Below, piece after piece: positions 11,721-23,445 of a DNA stretch of 64,000 nt. Within the stretch, counting starts at the first letter, position 1. Every line of letters begins with the position of its first letter. The stretch lies in contig NC_058368.1 of the NCBI RefSeq assembly GCF_018350175.1, positions 110,176,001-110,240,000 of the forward strand. Direction: 5' to 3'. Origin of the DNA: Felis catus. Lineage: Eukaryota. The notes beneath the pieces were generated by a model. It did no database searches, was not told the DNA's origin, and saw only the letters and a list, made by a program, of their open reading frames with translations. Both the position numbers and the translations under genes were made by a program.

Positions 11721-13249
11721 GTGTGGTCTGAAGGCTGAGGAGAGGGCAGCGGTCTAGGGTCAGAGAGCATGGGTGTGCGTACGTGTGCCCATCACACGCC
11801 ACTGGGACAAAGCCCAGCAGCAAGGAGCACAGAGCAAAAGCACAAGGAAACTAGAAGGTTTTCCAGGGCGTGCGTGCAGGCAGGCTGGGCCTGCAGGTGG
11901 AGGCTGGCTCCTGAGCTCCCTGGTGCTAAGGATCGTCTGGTAGTTTACAAGAAGCCACAGAGCTGTTTAAAGTAGCAGATTAGGAATGAATCTGCTTGTG
12001 TTTCGGGTAGCCCCCAGTGTTGGCTGTGAGGAGGGCAGCTGGGAGGGAGAAGGGGAGCTGAGTTGGTGGCTGGTCTACCAATCCCAGCCACAAATGGTGT
12101 TGAGGGGGAGGAGCAAAGGGACACAGAATCCAAAGACCTAGCAGGCAGGGGGAGGGAGGGCAGGAGTCCAGGGTGGCTCCCCGGCTTCAGCAGGACCAAA
12201 AGCAGGGTCCTTCCCTGACCCCGATCCCCATGGGCAGACTGCTCACCTCATCAAGGTCCCACCTCCTGGGAACCCTGTCCCTTACACATCCCTTTTGCCT
12301 GCTTTCTGGACATGTGTTCAGACCCTGCTGGCTGTGAGCTAAACGCTCCTGAAATGTTCCTTACACATTGCAGGCGTTTTTCTGCCCTGAAACACTCGGG
12401 TGGTTTAATTTGTTTTCTGAAATAACAAAAGTAATTAGACTAATTGCCTTCGGAATGGGGCACTCACAGGGAACAGCCTCAGTACCGCACAGGAGGCGTC
12501 TGGCAGACTCCTTCCAGGTTCATCATTTATGCAGCAATCTGCCTGTCCTGTCACAGGCAGGTGTCTCGGCAAGAGAAAGGTGTGCTGGGTGCCAAGCACC
12601 TCACTTCGCAGCCCCTTAGCGGCTCCTCTGGCTGGGAAGGTAGAAGTAAGAGACAGTTACTTCCCACCATGGGTGAGCCAGGAGCGACAGCTACCGCTGG
12701 CAGGCCTTGCCTCAGTGCCACGTGGGTGTTACTGCCTAGGGGGTCACTCACATATTGGAGAAGGCTCCAACTTGTTGAGCTAGACAGAGCCCCAGGGCCC
12801 AGCAGGCCAGGACAGCTGGGAATGACCGTCTGGACTTGGCTCAAGACTGTGAGGGTTTTGGTTCACTCCGCAGTCAGTCGATAAGCAGTACAAGGGAGAG
12901 CTAGGAGTCAGGGATGGACGAGGGTGAACGTGGCTCCATCACCTCCTTTCTCGTGGAGGCACACCTGCAGCTTCTCAGATAGGCTTGCTCAGGCTGCCTG
13001 CTGAGCCTGAGGGGGCACTGAGTCATGGAATCGCTGCTCACTACCTCCCTAGCCACACTAGCCCCGGCCCCGAGATTCTGTGTATGCCAACAGGGGGCAA
13101 ACTCCCCACATCTGCTCCCGAGCTGCCCCGTCCACCAAAGGGCTCTCGGTGGGCAATCAGCTACAATCCCCTTTACCTCTCGGGTCTTACAGCTTAGTAG
13201 GGGAAACACAGTCACCCAGCCAAGGCCCGAGTACAGGGCAAGGTGACCT

Positions 13250-14600
13250 ATGAGCTCCAACAAGATGCACAAAGAAAGGGCTGAGGGTACGTGGGAAGCA
13301 AGGGTACCCCTACAGAGCAGGGATATGGGAGGACCTCTGGAGGAGGTAGCAGTTTGTCCAGTCCTAAAAGAGGGGCAGGCTTGGCAAGGCAGGTACGGCA
13401 GAAAGAGCATCTCCAGGTGAATAAATGCAGAGAGCTGGTGGCACAGAAGATGTGAGGGAGACTGGTGGCATCCCTAAGTCAGAGGGCAGGGGCAAGGGCA
13501 GCAGAGGGTGTGAGCTGGTAAAACAGCATGGGCTCAGAATGCGAGGAGGCTGAAGGGCAACACAGGCAGCTAGATTCTCCTCTGTGCACCGGGATAGGCA
13601 ACACCTTCAGTTCTGAAGACCGTCAGCTGCACCTGCTGGGCATGCAGGAGAGGCAGAAGACCTGCCAGAAAGGTCCACCCGAGGGGAAGACAACAGCCCG
13701 GGAGCCCAGGACCCAAATGCTGGGTTGAGACCCACCCACGCTGAGTATCTGCTGCCTGTCCCCCACCTCATCCACCCATGAAGCCTTTCCTGAGCACAGC
13801 TGCCCTGGGCACCATGCAGGGGCTGAGGACATACCTGAGAAGAACTCCAATACGATTCCTGCCCTCTGGGTACTACGAGCACAGGGCACCACCCAACAAT
13901 AAATGGGTGAGAAAACCCATCACGATACAAACGGTGTGCATGTGAACACAAATTGGGAGAAGGGCCGTGAAGAAAACGAGTCGGCGTGATGATAAGAAAA
14001 CAGTGGCTCAGAGGTAACCAACTGAGAGGTAGTTGACTTAAAACAGGGCATGAGGGTGAGAAAGAGGGTGCTGTGTGGTGCTACAAGAGGCGGCCAGGGT
14101 GGCAGGCACCCAGAGAGGACATGCAGATACTCAGGAGGTTGGTAGCTTGGTAGGATGGAGGAGGGCTAGATCGTGCACAAGGGCCCAGCAGGGATTTGGA
14201 TTTTGCTGAAAAGGCCGTTGGGGGAGATGAGAGGGAATCAGCTGTCAGGTCCACCACTCTGCTACGCAAGAATGGGTTATGGGGGACCAGTGGAAGGGGG
14301 CTGGTCTTTCATGTGGGATGGGGGCAGTGTGTCTAGGCTGGTAGCAGTGAGGGTGGAGAGGTGGACAGATCTGAGATACAAATATAGCAGGTGGTGCCAA
14401 GTGGACTTGATGCTGGAGGCGGGCAAGGAAGGGATGACAGACAGATGACTCAGTTTTCCAATTTAAGCAGGTGGGTGGATTTTAGTGCCATTCCCTAGAA
14501 GTGGGGATGACTGAGGGAGACACAGATACTTCTGGGAGCTGGCAGAGGGGACAGAACAGCTTTGCTTTGGGCATGTTACACTTGAAACGCCAAGTGCTGA
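13250..14600 (-). mobile_element. Fragmented L2 remnants
   Basis: ggcagtgtgtctaggctggtagcagtgagggtggagaggtggacagatctgagatac and gatgactcagttttccaatttaagcaggtgggtggat are typical reverse L2 segments. Confidence 0.5.
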
Positions 14601-14961
14601 TACTGGAAGACCACATCTTCCAAACAGGTTAGAAACAAAAGAGGATGATGGTTCACAACAACGGTGTAAGCGCGTGCACTGATTTCCTTCTATTGAGATT
14701 CAAGTAACATGACCTTAAAAGACTGACTCACAGAAATAAAGAGAAAAGGAGAGGGATACTCAATGAGCAAGGGATTTAAGACATTTCTGGAAGGATCTTA
14801 CTGGTGGACAGGGCAAAGGACACCACAGCCTAGAATGTGTGCACAAGAGGCGGCAGCTACAGACACCTTCCCCAGAGGCACAGATGGGGACAATGAAATC
14901 CAAACTCCCTTTAGGCAGAAAAACGCATGGAGGGTTCTTCTCTCAAGAAATGGAACAAACT

Positions 14962-15198
14962 GGAGTGCCTGGGTGGCTCAGTCAGTTCAGCATCCGACTA
15001 CAGCTCAGGTCATGATCTCACAGTTAGTGAGTTTGAGCTCCACATCCGGCTCTGTGCTGACAGCTCAGAGCCTGGAGCCTGCTTTGGATTCTGTGGCTCC
15101 CTCTCTCTGCCCCTCCCTTGCTTGCTTGTGCGCTCTCTCTCTCTCTCTCTCTCTCTCACCCTCCCTCCCTCAAAAATAAATAAACATTAAAAAAAAAC
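14962..15198 (+). mobile_element. Can-SINE (SINEC_Fc)
   Basis: ggagtgcctgggtggctcagtcagtt head, (CT)n, aataaataaacattaaaaa tail; flanking agaaatgga repeat. Confidence 0.95.
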
Positions 15199-15530
15199 AG
15201 AAATGGAGTAAGTCGTCCAAGGAAAACCATGGTGGTTAATGTGGGTGTTAGTGCCTTCCTTACCCTGGCTACCAGCTCACAGGCTGCTCATCCTAGAGTG
15301 GAAGCCACCCACTGGCAAGCCATGTCCCGAAACAAGTGCCTCCAGAGAACATTCGTACTGTCTTTATTCTCCCATTCAAATGGTCAACCGAGAATCTCCA
15401 GACCCACAACATAAAATAGAGCAAGACTGCAAACTACAAATGGATAAACAAAAACTTGCAATGGAAGAAAACCATGCACAAATATAATCCACATGACAAA
15501 GGAAAAGGAAAAGCAAAAAGCAAATAGAAA

Positions 15531-16350
15531 ACTCTCACACCTGTCAGAATGGCTAACATGAACAACTCAGGCAACAACAGACGTTGGTGAGGATGTGGAG
15601 AAAGGGGAACCCTCTTGCACTGCTGGTGGGAATGCAAACTGGTGCAGCCATTCTGGAAAACAGTATGGAGGTTCCTAAAAAAATTAAAAATAAAACTACC
15701 CTACCATCCAGCAATTGCATTACTAGGAATTTATCCAAGGGATACAGGTGTGCTGTTTCGAAGAAGCACATGCACCCCCATGTTTATAGCAGCACTATTA
15801 ACAATAGCCAAAGTATGGAATGAGCCCAAATATCCATGGATGGGTGAATGGATAAAGAAGATGCGGTATGTGCGTGTGTATATACACACACCACACACCC
15901 CCCCCCCCACACACATACACACTGGAATATTACTCGGCAATCAAAAAGAATGAAATCTTGCCATTTGCAACAACATGGCTGGAACTAGAGTGTATTATGC
16001 TAAGTGAAATAAGTCAGTCAGATAAGACAGATATCATATGATTTCACTTATATGTGGAATTTGAAAAACGCAACAGATTAACTTAGGGGAAGGGAAGGAA
16101 AAATAAAATAAGATAAAAACAGAGACGGAGGCAAACTGTAAGAGACTCATAAATACAGAGAACAAACAGGGCTGCTGGAGGGGAGGTGGATGGGGGGAGA
16201 AGGGAAAATGGGTAATGGGCATTAAGGAGGGCACTTGTTGGGATGAGCACTGGGTGTTGTATGTAAGAGATGGATTACTGGTTTTTACTCCTGAAGCCAA
16301 GACTACACTGTATGTTAACTAACTCGAATTTAAATAAATAAGTAAAACAA
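15531..16350 (+). mobile_element. 5'-truncated carnivore L1 (ORF2 C-terminus plus 3' UTR)
   Basis: Translation [40 protein letters not shown]...TPMFIAALLTIAK matches the L1 ORF2 C-terminus; carnivore-type 3' UTR (ggcattaaggagggcacttgttgggatgagcactggg) and A-rich tail. Confidence 0.95.
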
Positions 16351-16359
16351 AAAATTACT

Positions 16360-17900
16360 AACTAGTATCCTCAAACAGTTTCAACAAGATGTTACTTTTA
16401 GAAATTGGAGAGTGAGAAAATATGCTTGGAAGTTAGAGGCAGGATTATTGGAATAAAAAGTCTGATACTCAGGTGGGATGGCAAAGCCATGAGAATTTTC
16501 CCGAATTAAGTACATGGAAACAGAAACTTTGAGAGAAAAGGCGAGGCAGATGATATTGATCCGGGAAGTTACATATCCAATTAAGACCTCTAGAAAGACA
16601 GGAGAGATAAATCAGAAAAAGGGAATTGTTTAAAAAAAAAAAAAAAACCTGCAATGATTATAATTGCTTTTATTTGAGGAGACATATCCTTAGATTGAGG
16701 AGCCCACAGAAGGGGCCACAAAGCCAGACATATCCCTGCAAAATTTCCTTACACCAAGGTTATTATTATTTTGTTCTTCGTGGATTTTTTTATAACTTTT
16801 ATTTTGTAAAATATTGCATTATAATATCATTTCTCTTGATTACCAGAGGGTTTTGGCTGGCAGACAAAGGCCTCAATGCCCCCGCCTAATCCCAGCCAGC
16901 CGTGTTACAGACACAGGTGCTCCACTAGTTAAACCAAGTCCCTGCTCTTGTGGACCTTCAAGGACATAAGGAGATGATCCTAACAGCTTCCAGATGGATT
17001 AAAACAGGTCACCCACAGGAAGAGAAATCACTCTCGCATGGGCCTTTTATCAGAGATGCTGCTTCCTTGAAGATGAGGCTTTGCCCAATATGATGATGTG
17101 GTTGTCCCTTCCTGAATACACAAAGGATACCTCCTAATGCCTTGTCTAGCCAGGGTCATCTGACCAGCTCTCACAGAAGGAACGTGAGTAGGACCATCCA
17201 TGGCTTCTGAGCTGGGTCAGGCGAGCGCCGGTGGGCCTCTCTCTCATCTTACCCACGGTGACTTGAACACCACAACACACAAAGTGTCTGTAGAGGCCCT
17301 TGAATTATTGTCTAGAGCAGAAAACTTCCACATCCCACTATTGCAGAGGATTTCACAGCCGCCATGTGAGCGCACAACAAAGTCTGTTATGCCACTGATA
17401 TGTGAGTTACCCCACCCTGACAATTAAAAGAAAAATTTCCATCTTGGAATTCTACATCCAGCTAAGCTGTCAAGTACAAAGAGCAAAACCACTTTCGGAC
17501 ATTTGAGGAACAGAAAGGCGACCTCCTGTGCACACTTTCTCAGGAAATCACATAGGGTGCACTCCAGCAAAAGAAAATGGAAGCCAGGAATGGAAAAGTC
17601 AAGCCACCCTGGGAACAGTGGTACAACCCAAAAGAACATTCTAGGTTGGCGCACGAAAGAGGGGCTCCAGAAGGAGAACTCTGGGCAAAAAAACTAAGCC
17701 AAACCAAACTGATGACGACAGAGATGATATGAACGAATGTGAGGATATATGAGAGGCAGCAGTCGGAGGGTACAAAGCCGGACTCTGTCTGGACCTGAGG
17801 CCACTGAGTGACACAAGGGGTCCATGTGCTGGATGTACAAAGAACAGTATGAAATACTAGCACATGATGCGACTCTCCAGGCTCATACTAATATTAGATG
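16360..17900 (+). mobile_element. Ancient, highly degraded L1M (ORF1-region-like) fragments
   Basis: A-rich segments such as aaagaaaaatttccatcttggaattctacatccagctaagctgtc resemble old L1 ORF1; boundaries uncertain. Confidence 0.45.
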
Positions 17901-18031
17901 CAATTTATTTGTTTTCAGCTTTGAGAATCGGCTTACAGACCGATGAGGAGAGGCCATCCAGAGGCTATCCCCGGTGGGAACAGATCTTGGCCAGGGAGTG
18001 CAACCCCAGCCTTTAAGATGAGCTCATCAGA

Positions 18032-18240
18032 GGGGCACCTGGGTGGCTCAGTCAGTTAAGCATCCGACTTCGGCTCAGGTCATGGTCTTGCGGTCAGTGA
18101 GTTCGAGCCCCGTGTCGGGCTCTGTGCAGACAGCTCAGAGCCTGGAGCCTATTTCAGATTCTGTGTCTCCCTCTCTCTCTGCTCATGCTCTGTCTCTCTG
18201 TCTCAGAAATAAATAAACGTTAAAAAATTAAAAAAAAAAA
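18032..18240 (+). mobile_element. Can-SINE (SINEC_Fc)
   Basis: Full-length; perfect 17-bp TSD aagatgagctcatcaga at 18015-18031 and 18241-18257. Confidence 0.97.
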
Positions 18241-18789
18241 AAGATGAGCTCATCAGATCTCGCACAGGAAGGCGATATTCCCCTGGTCACTCAGGCTGTA
18301 GCAAGGACTGGAGGAAAACGACCACGGCTCCTGTATTCCGGCCCTTTGCGCCCTCTCTCTCACATCGCTCACCTTGCCCGCATTCACCACTAACAAGCTG
18401 TGGCAGGTGGACCTTCTTCCCCTGACCCTGCTTTCTCAGTGAAGGCTGGTGTGACTTTGCAGAGTTTATATCACCCAGCTCCGGTTCTGACAAGCCTCCC
18501 GTTGCCCTGTTTCTTACACACTTTTCCTCCCAGGAGGGGCAGCTGTCGATTTCCCTCCCCGGAGAAGAAAACCTTGCCTGTCCACTATGTTCCAATCTAG
18601 GGCTCTGTGCCTGTACTTTCTGGATGCTACTGGGCAGGCTCTGATTTGAAAAGAAAAAAAAAAATCAATGGTATGCTACGTAGAAGTGACACATCAAAGC
18701 ATGTGAGCTTGTGGCGATCTGCCAGGTAAGCATCCCCGCAACTCATGGTCTACGGAGAGCTTGCAACGGAGGGCACCGCGTGGCCTGTC

Positions 18790-19438
18790 AGTCAGGACAG
18801 GACAAAGTGGCTCCTAGCCGGGTGCAAGGTGTCCCTCTTAGGGCCTCTGTGAGTCAGAGATCAGGACTGACCTGTCCTGCTTGGGGGGAAAGCCATCTTT
18901 GGCAGCCTGAGGTGATGGTTGCCCAAGTGGTTAAGGGGTCAAGAGTCAGTGAAGCCAGCCCTCTGCCTCCAGGCCAATGCCACTGCCTAGAGATGCGTCC
19001 GTAGAGGTGTCTTCCACATTTGGGAACTTAGGGAGGAGTGACAACCGAGTGAGAATTTCTGGAGAACTCTCGTCACAGAGGTGACATGATCTACTCTACA
19101 ATAAAGGAAATAGGCCTCTGGCTTGACCTCGATTCTTCCCGCTCTACTTTCTTCTAGGCTTCTTTCTTCTTCTTCTACTTTGTTCTAGGCTCAGGGAGGC
19201 TGAAGGGGAGCTAGTCCCCCTCTTCAGTGCTACCTGCTGCACCAGGAAACTGAGACATGGGGAGTGTGGCATCAAGAGGTGACTCTTGACCCCTTAGCCG
19301 CTTGGGCAGCCATCACCTCAGGCTGCCAAAGATGGCTTTCTCCCCAAACATGATTGGTCAGTCCTGATCTCTGACTCACAGAGGCCCTAAGAGGGACACC
19401 CTGCACCCAGCTAGGAGCCACTTTGTCCTTTCCTGACT
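18790..19438. repeat. Long inverted repeat: 159-bp arms (18790-18948 and 19280-19438) with 331-bp spacer
   Basis: Manual alignment of the left arm to the reverse complement of the right arm: no gaps, 11 mismatches in 159 (about 93%). Confidence 0.97.
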
Positions 19439-22400
19439 CTTTGTGCATCAGTGGTTATAATAACAAGGAAATGGGGCAGACACCCACACAGCGTCTCTGT
19501 GCCCCCGTTTTCGGGTCGACAACAGGGCAGCTCAGTAGATAGGTTCAGACTTCCCGTGTCCGGGAAGTGCACAGGCCAGCAGGAAATGCCAGGATTTGCT
19601 TATCTGAGTTAATAAGTCTATTCTGCAGCTGTCATCAAGGGCATTCTGTGCTCAGGGATGAGAAAACCTCCATGGCTTTTATGACTTATAGGCAGGCATT
19701 GCAACATTAAGCAGCTATTTGTGAAGAAGGGCCTTCATTTTCTGCTTCCTTACCCTGGCATTAATAAGGAAAGCACACCTAATTGCCAAGAATGGTTGAT
19801 GCAATGAGAGAAAATGGAGAGCCAGGGTCAGTGGGAAGGGCTGGCACAGCAGTGATTACTCTTAAATTATCTTTCCTCCGTCTTAGCAGCTTCCTATAAG
19901 CGCAATAAACAAACAGCAATTTCCTTGTAGTTTTGACTGGTAACTGTCTCACTGAACACTGACTAGTCCTGTAATTTTAATTGCTGGTACTCACTCCTAC
20001 CACCTATGGGAGGAATCATCCTATGGTCCTAAATTGTTCTCATATTCAGTTCCCAGAACCTGTTCCCAATAGGGAGAGACTGGGAAGGAATGCTTGTACG
20101 TGTCAAGGGGGCTGTGAGGCTGTGCTCCCAGGACCTGGTCTTCGCAGACATTCATGTCAGAGACCGTTGGGAGTGCTCTTAACTAAGAACGAAGGAAACG
20201 AGACTGAGCTTAACATCCTGAGAAGTGTGCTCAGTCTAGACACCAACTGCATCGATTTTCCCAGCTAACTACCAACAGGTGGAAGAGAAGAGCACACAAC
20301 AAAATGTCATTTATAATTTAAAATTCATTATTGAAAAAGGCTCAACAGTAATAGTCAGACTTCAGTCATTTCAAAGATGCCTTCGCAGAGGAGGCGCCCG
20401 CATCTGGGAACGGGAACTTGTGTGGGTTTTCCAGGGCTGCTTTCCTTGCCCCCCTTCACCGGGCCTCACCTCTCCCCTGGCCACAACCCTCCTGTCAGAA
20501 AACTACTTTATCTCTGGTGAAGTTTTATGCCAGGGATATATGACCGGAATACACGAAGGTCTTTTAAATTTATTTTCAATAGCCCTGCTCTTCTCTTCTC
20601 TATGAAATATTTAGCATTTAACTCGTTATTTCTACTGCTGGCAAAGTCTCAGGTGCAGGTGGCTTTGTCGAGATGGCAGAATATCACACCAAGGTAATTG
20701 TTTCTCTTTATTTCCTCTAGATAAAGAATAAGTAATAGGCAAGTCTGAATTATCAGGCGGTGCTTCCATCACGGGCTCCAGCGATAACATAAAGCAGGAG
20801 ATTGAATTTGGAGTGGTCTGCATAATCAGCTCTCCCCCCTCACTGCAAAAATTTGCCTGAGAATCAATCTGCATTTGCGAGCCGTTTCTGCTACCCCGTT
20901 CCTGCCTGCGTGTGATAGTTCCTGCTTTCTAGGAACTCTGAGCAGTAGAAATGCCTTTCAATATCCACCCTCAAGAAGGGTCTGGGCAAGCAGGGGGGAT
21001 CTGCCCCGCAGGGTGCAGGCGGCAGGAGGGTGCTGCATGGGGAGGCAGGAACCCAGTTCAGGGAGGGGGAAGGAGCTTGCAAGAAGACGAAAGGAGGAGA
21101 AGCTTTCGCTTCCAGGGGGAAAGCAAAGAGCACAGCACCCAGACGAGGGTCTTTGTGAGGGCCTGAACCAAATGGAATTGGTCTCCAAAACCCTCTGAAG
21201 TTCTGCCACGTAGCTTTAAGTACATCATGTTCAGCTCCATACAAAACGATGAAGGAAGCAGATAGCCAGTGACTGATACATCTTGGGCACTGTGCTTATG
21301 CCCCCTAAATTTCCTTATCTGGTGTAGACCTTATTATAATTCAGTGTTAATACCAAGCAGGCGTGAGTTTTAAATGAGTGTTGGTCTAAGCACTTGGTTT
21401 AGCAATACGTTGTGACCATCTTATACCAATGCCTTTATACCTCTCAGAAAAATTTGAGACTGAGAACAAAGTTTTCTTTTTCCCCCCTCCAAGCATTTTA
21501 AGCAGACGAGGCATAAATATTCATGAGTGATCGGAAAGCTAGCTACAGAGTTGTGGTGGAGAAAATGATTCTGTGAAAATTTTATAGCCCAGCCTCTGTG
21601 GTAAAGTCTAACTCGGAAAAAGGTACATCACATATCAGATTTGCCATCCTCACCAATGGATGTCCCATGGATGTTTCCACCAGATTCTCCTGAGCCCTCT
21701 TTCCCCACCTCATCAAATTCTTCTGTTCAGGACCCAGGGGCTTCCCTTTCTATGGAGAGTGGACCTCACTGATCCAACGTCAGTGGGACACTCACTGAGT
21801 GACCTTTAGATTTACATACATATATTATAATTATCATTGGGAGACTGATTGGTAAGTGTCTTCTTGGGCCACAGTGTGAATCTCAGGAAATGGCTGGATG
21901 AGGTCAGGGAACAAGATAAGCCTGGGTCAAGGATACTCAGTCCCTGGCTGGCATCATGGGATCCTCCAGGTAGATCAGCATAAACCCAACTGACCCTCCT
22001 GAAGGTTACATCCATGACCTTGACCTCATTGGCAAAATGTTTTAATACCTGGGGCTGTGCCTGGCACCTAGCATGTACTTAGTAAGTCACTTTATTATTG
22101 AAGACTTCTGCATGTTCTGTTATCACCATTCTGCTCAAGAAGCCAACAGACTAATACCATTGATACGCAGGTGTTTACCCACTAGGTATAACATTCGGTT
22201 TAAAGTGCCTGTCCGACTGACACACTAATTGTCACTGAGGGGAAAAAATAAATCTAAGAAGGAAGAAAGGAAGGAAGGGAGGGACAGTGCTAAACACACT
22301 CCTCAAATCTGCTAGTAGGTTAGTTGGTCTATAAGAATATTGCTCTGATTTGTCAGGGGAAAGAGTCAAATTTGCCATAACCATCAATAAACAGTTCTAC

Positions 22401-22494
22401 CATTTTCTCTTATTCTCTCCGCTATTTTAACAATTCCCTTCCATGTCTTTCCAATAGATTGCCATTATGCCGAGCAGTTACTTTATGCTGGTTA

Positions 22495-22680
22495 CTCTGC
22501 TCTGTGATTCTCATACTCTCATTGAATCCTCCCAGCAAACCCATGGAGTTAAGGGCTTATGATGCCACCCCTCTTGGAGATGAGGAAACTGAGGCTGGAG
22601 AGCAGAGGTGGCTTGTCCAAGGTCACAGAACTGGTTAGTGCCAGAGCTGGGAATCAAACTGCTTGTGTGGCTCCCAAACA
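22495..22680 (-). mobile_element. MIR
   Basis: gagatgaggaaactgaggctggagag...ttgtccaaggtcacagaactggttagtgccagagctgggaatcaaac. Confidence 0.8.
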
Positions 22681-23389
22681 TTTGCTCTTAGCCAATTCCT
22701 GGTATTTCCCTTTTCAGGAAGATACAGGGCGACAGACATGACCCTTTACAGTTTTGTCTGCTTCTCTTCTCTGAGAGAACTTGCTGAAATTTTAATTGGC
22801 TTGAGTGACAGCTTTTCTGAAATCTTCTTCAAACTTTACCTTTCAAAATCGGCAAAATCCCCCCCCCCTTTTTTCCCCCTTTTATTCCTGAGAATCACCA
22901 GTTTTCCAGAGAATTCAGACAGAAGTTTGCCCAGATAATTGATAAATCTGTTTGCAGGTACTGAAGTACATACCTCTCATTGGGGGACATTTCATATTAC
23001 TCTATGCTTCAAATACTGAAAAGTCCCCACCGTCTGGCTTGTGTGGCCTCAACAGTGATGGTGTCTGAGGCAGACGCCAACCCGTTAATACCAGTGGCAC
23101 AATTTTCCCTTTCTGAATCTCAATTTGGTACATATTACTGTAGGAGCGAATTTCATTAGGAAGCAAATTATGTTCTTCCATCGAAGGTCCCCCTTGAACC
23201 AAAAACCACTCTTGATGTTCCTCCAAGATTTTCCTAATGAAAGATATGTGGGGATGAACTGCCTAACCCATCCCACGATCTCTTTCCCTTAATAAAATGT
23301 ATGCTGTGGAAAGCCCACATCGTGGCCCCAATTGGATTTAGGCTCACGCAGCTACCTTCATCCTCACGATTTATGATGTGACTGTACAC

Positions 23390-23445
23390 ACAAGCACTCT
23401 AAAAATATCTTGACTGCTCATCTGAAATTCTAACTTTACTGGTGA
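23390..23445. mobile_element. Possible MER53-like fragment
   Basis: atctgaaattctaactttactgg resembles MER53 atctgaaattcaaatttaactgg. Confidence 0.3.

Noticed and set aside
15615..15953. 112-aa ORF with real protein similarity
   Set aside because: It is the C-terminus of L1 ORF2 in a truncated copy, not a host gene
18790..19438. Inverted repeat read as a classical DNA transposon/MITE
   Set aside because: No TA or 8-bp TSD, no recognisable hAT/Tc1 terminal motif, and arms far longer than usual terminal repeats; not fully excluded without a copy-number search
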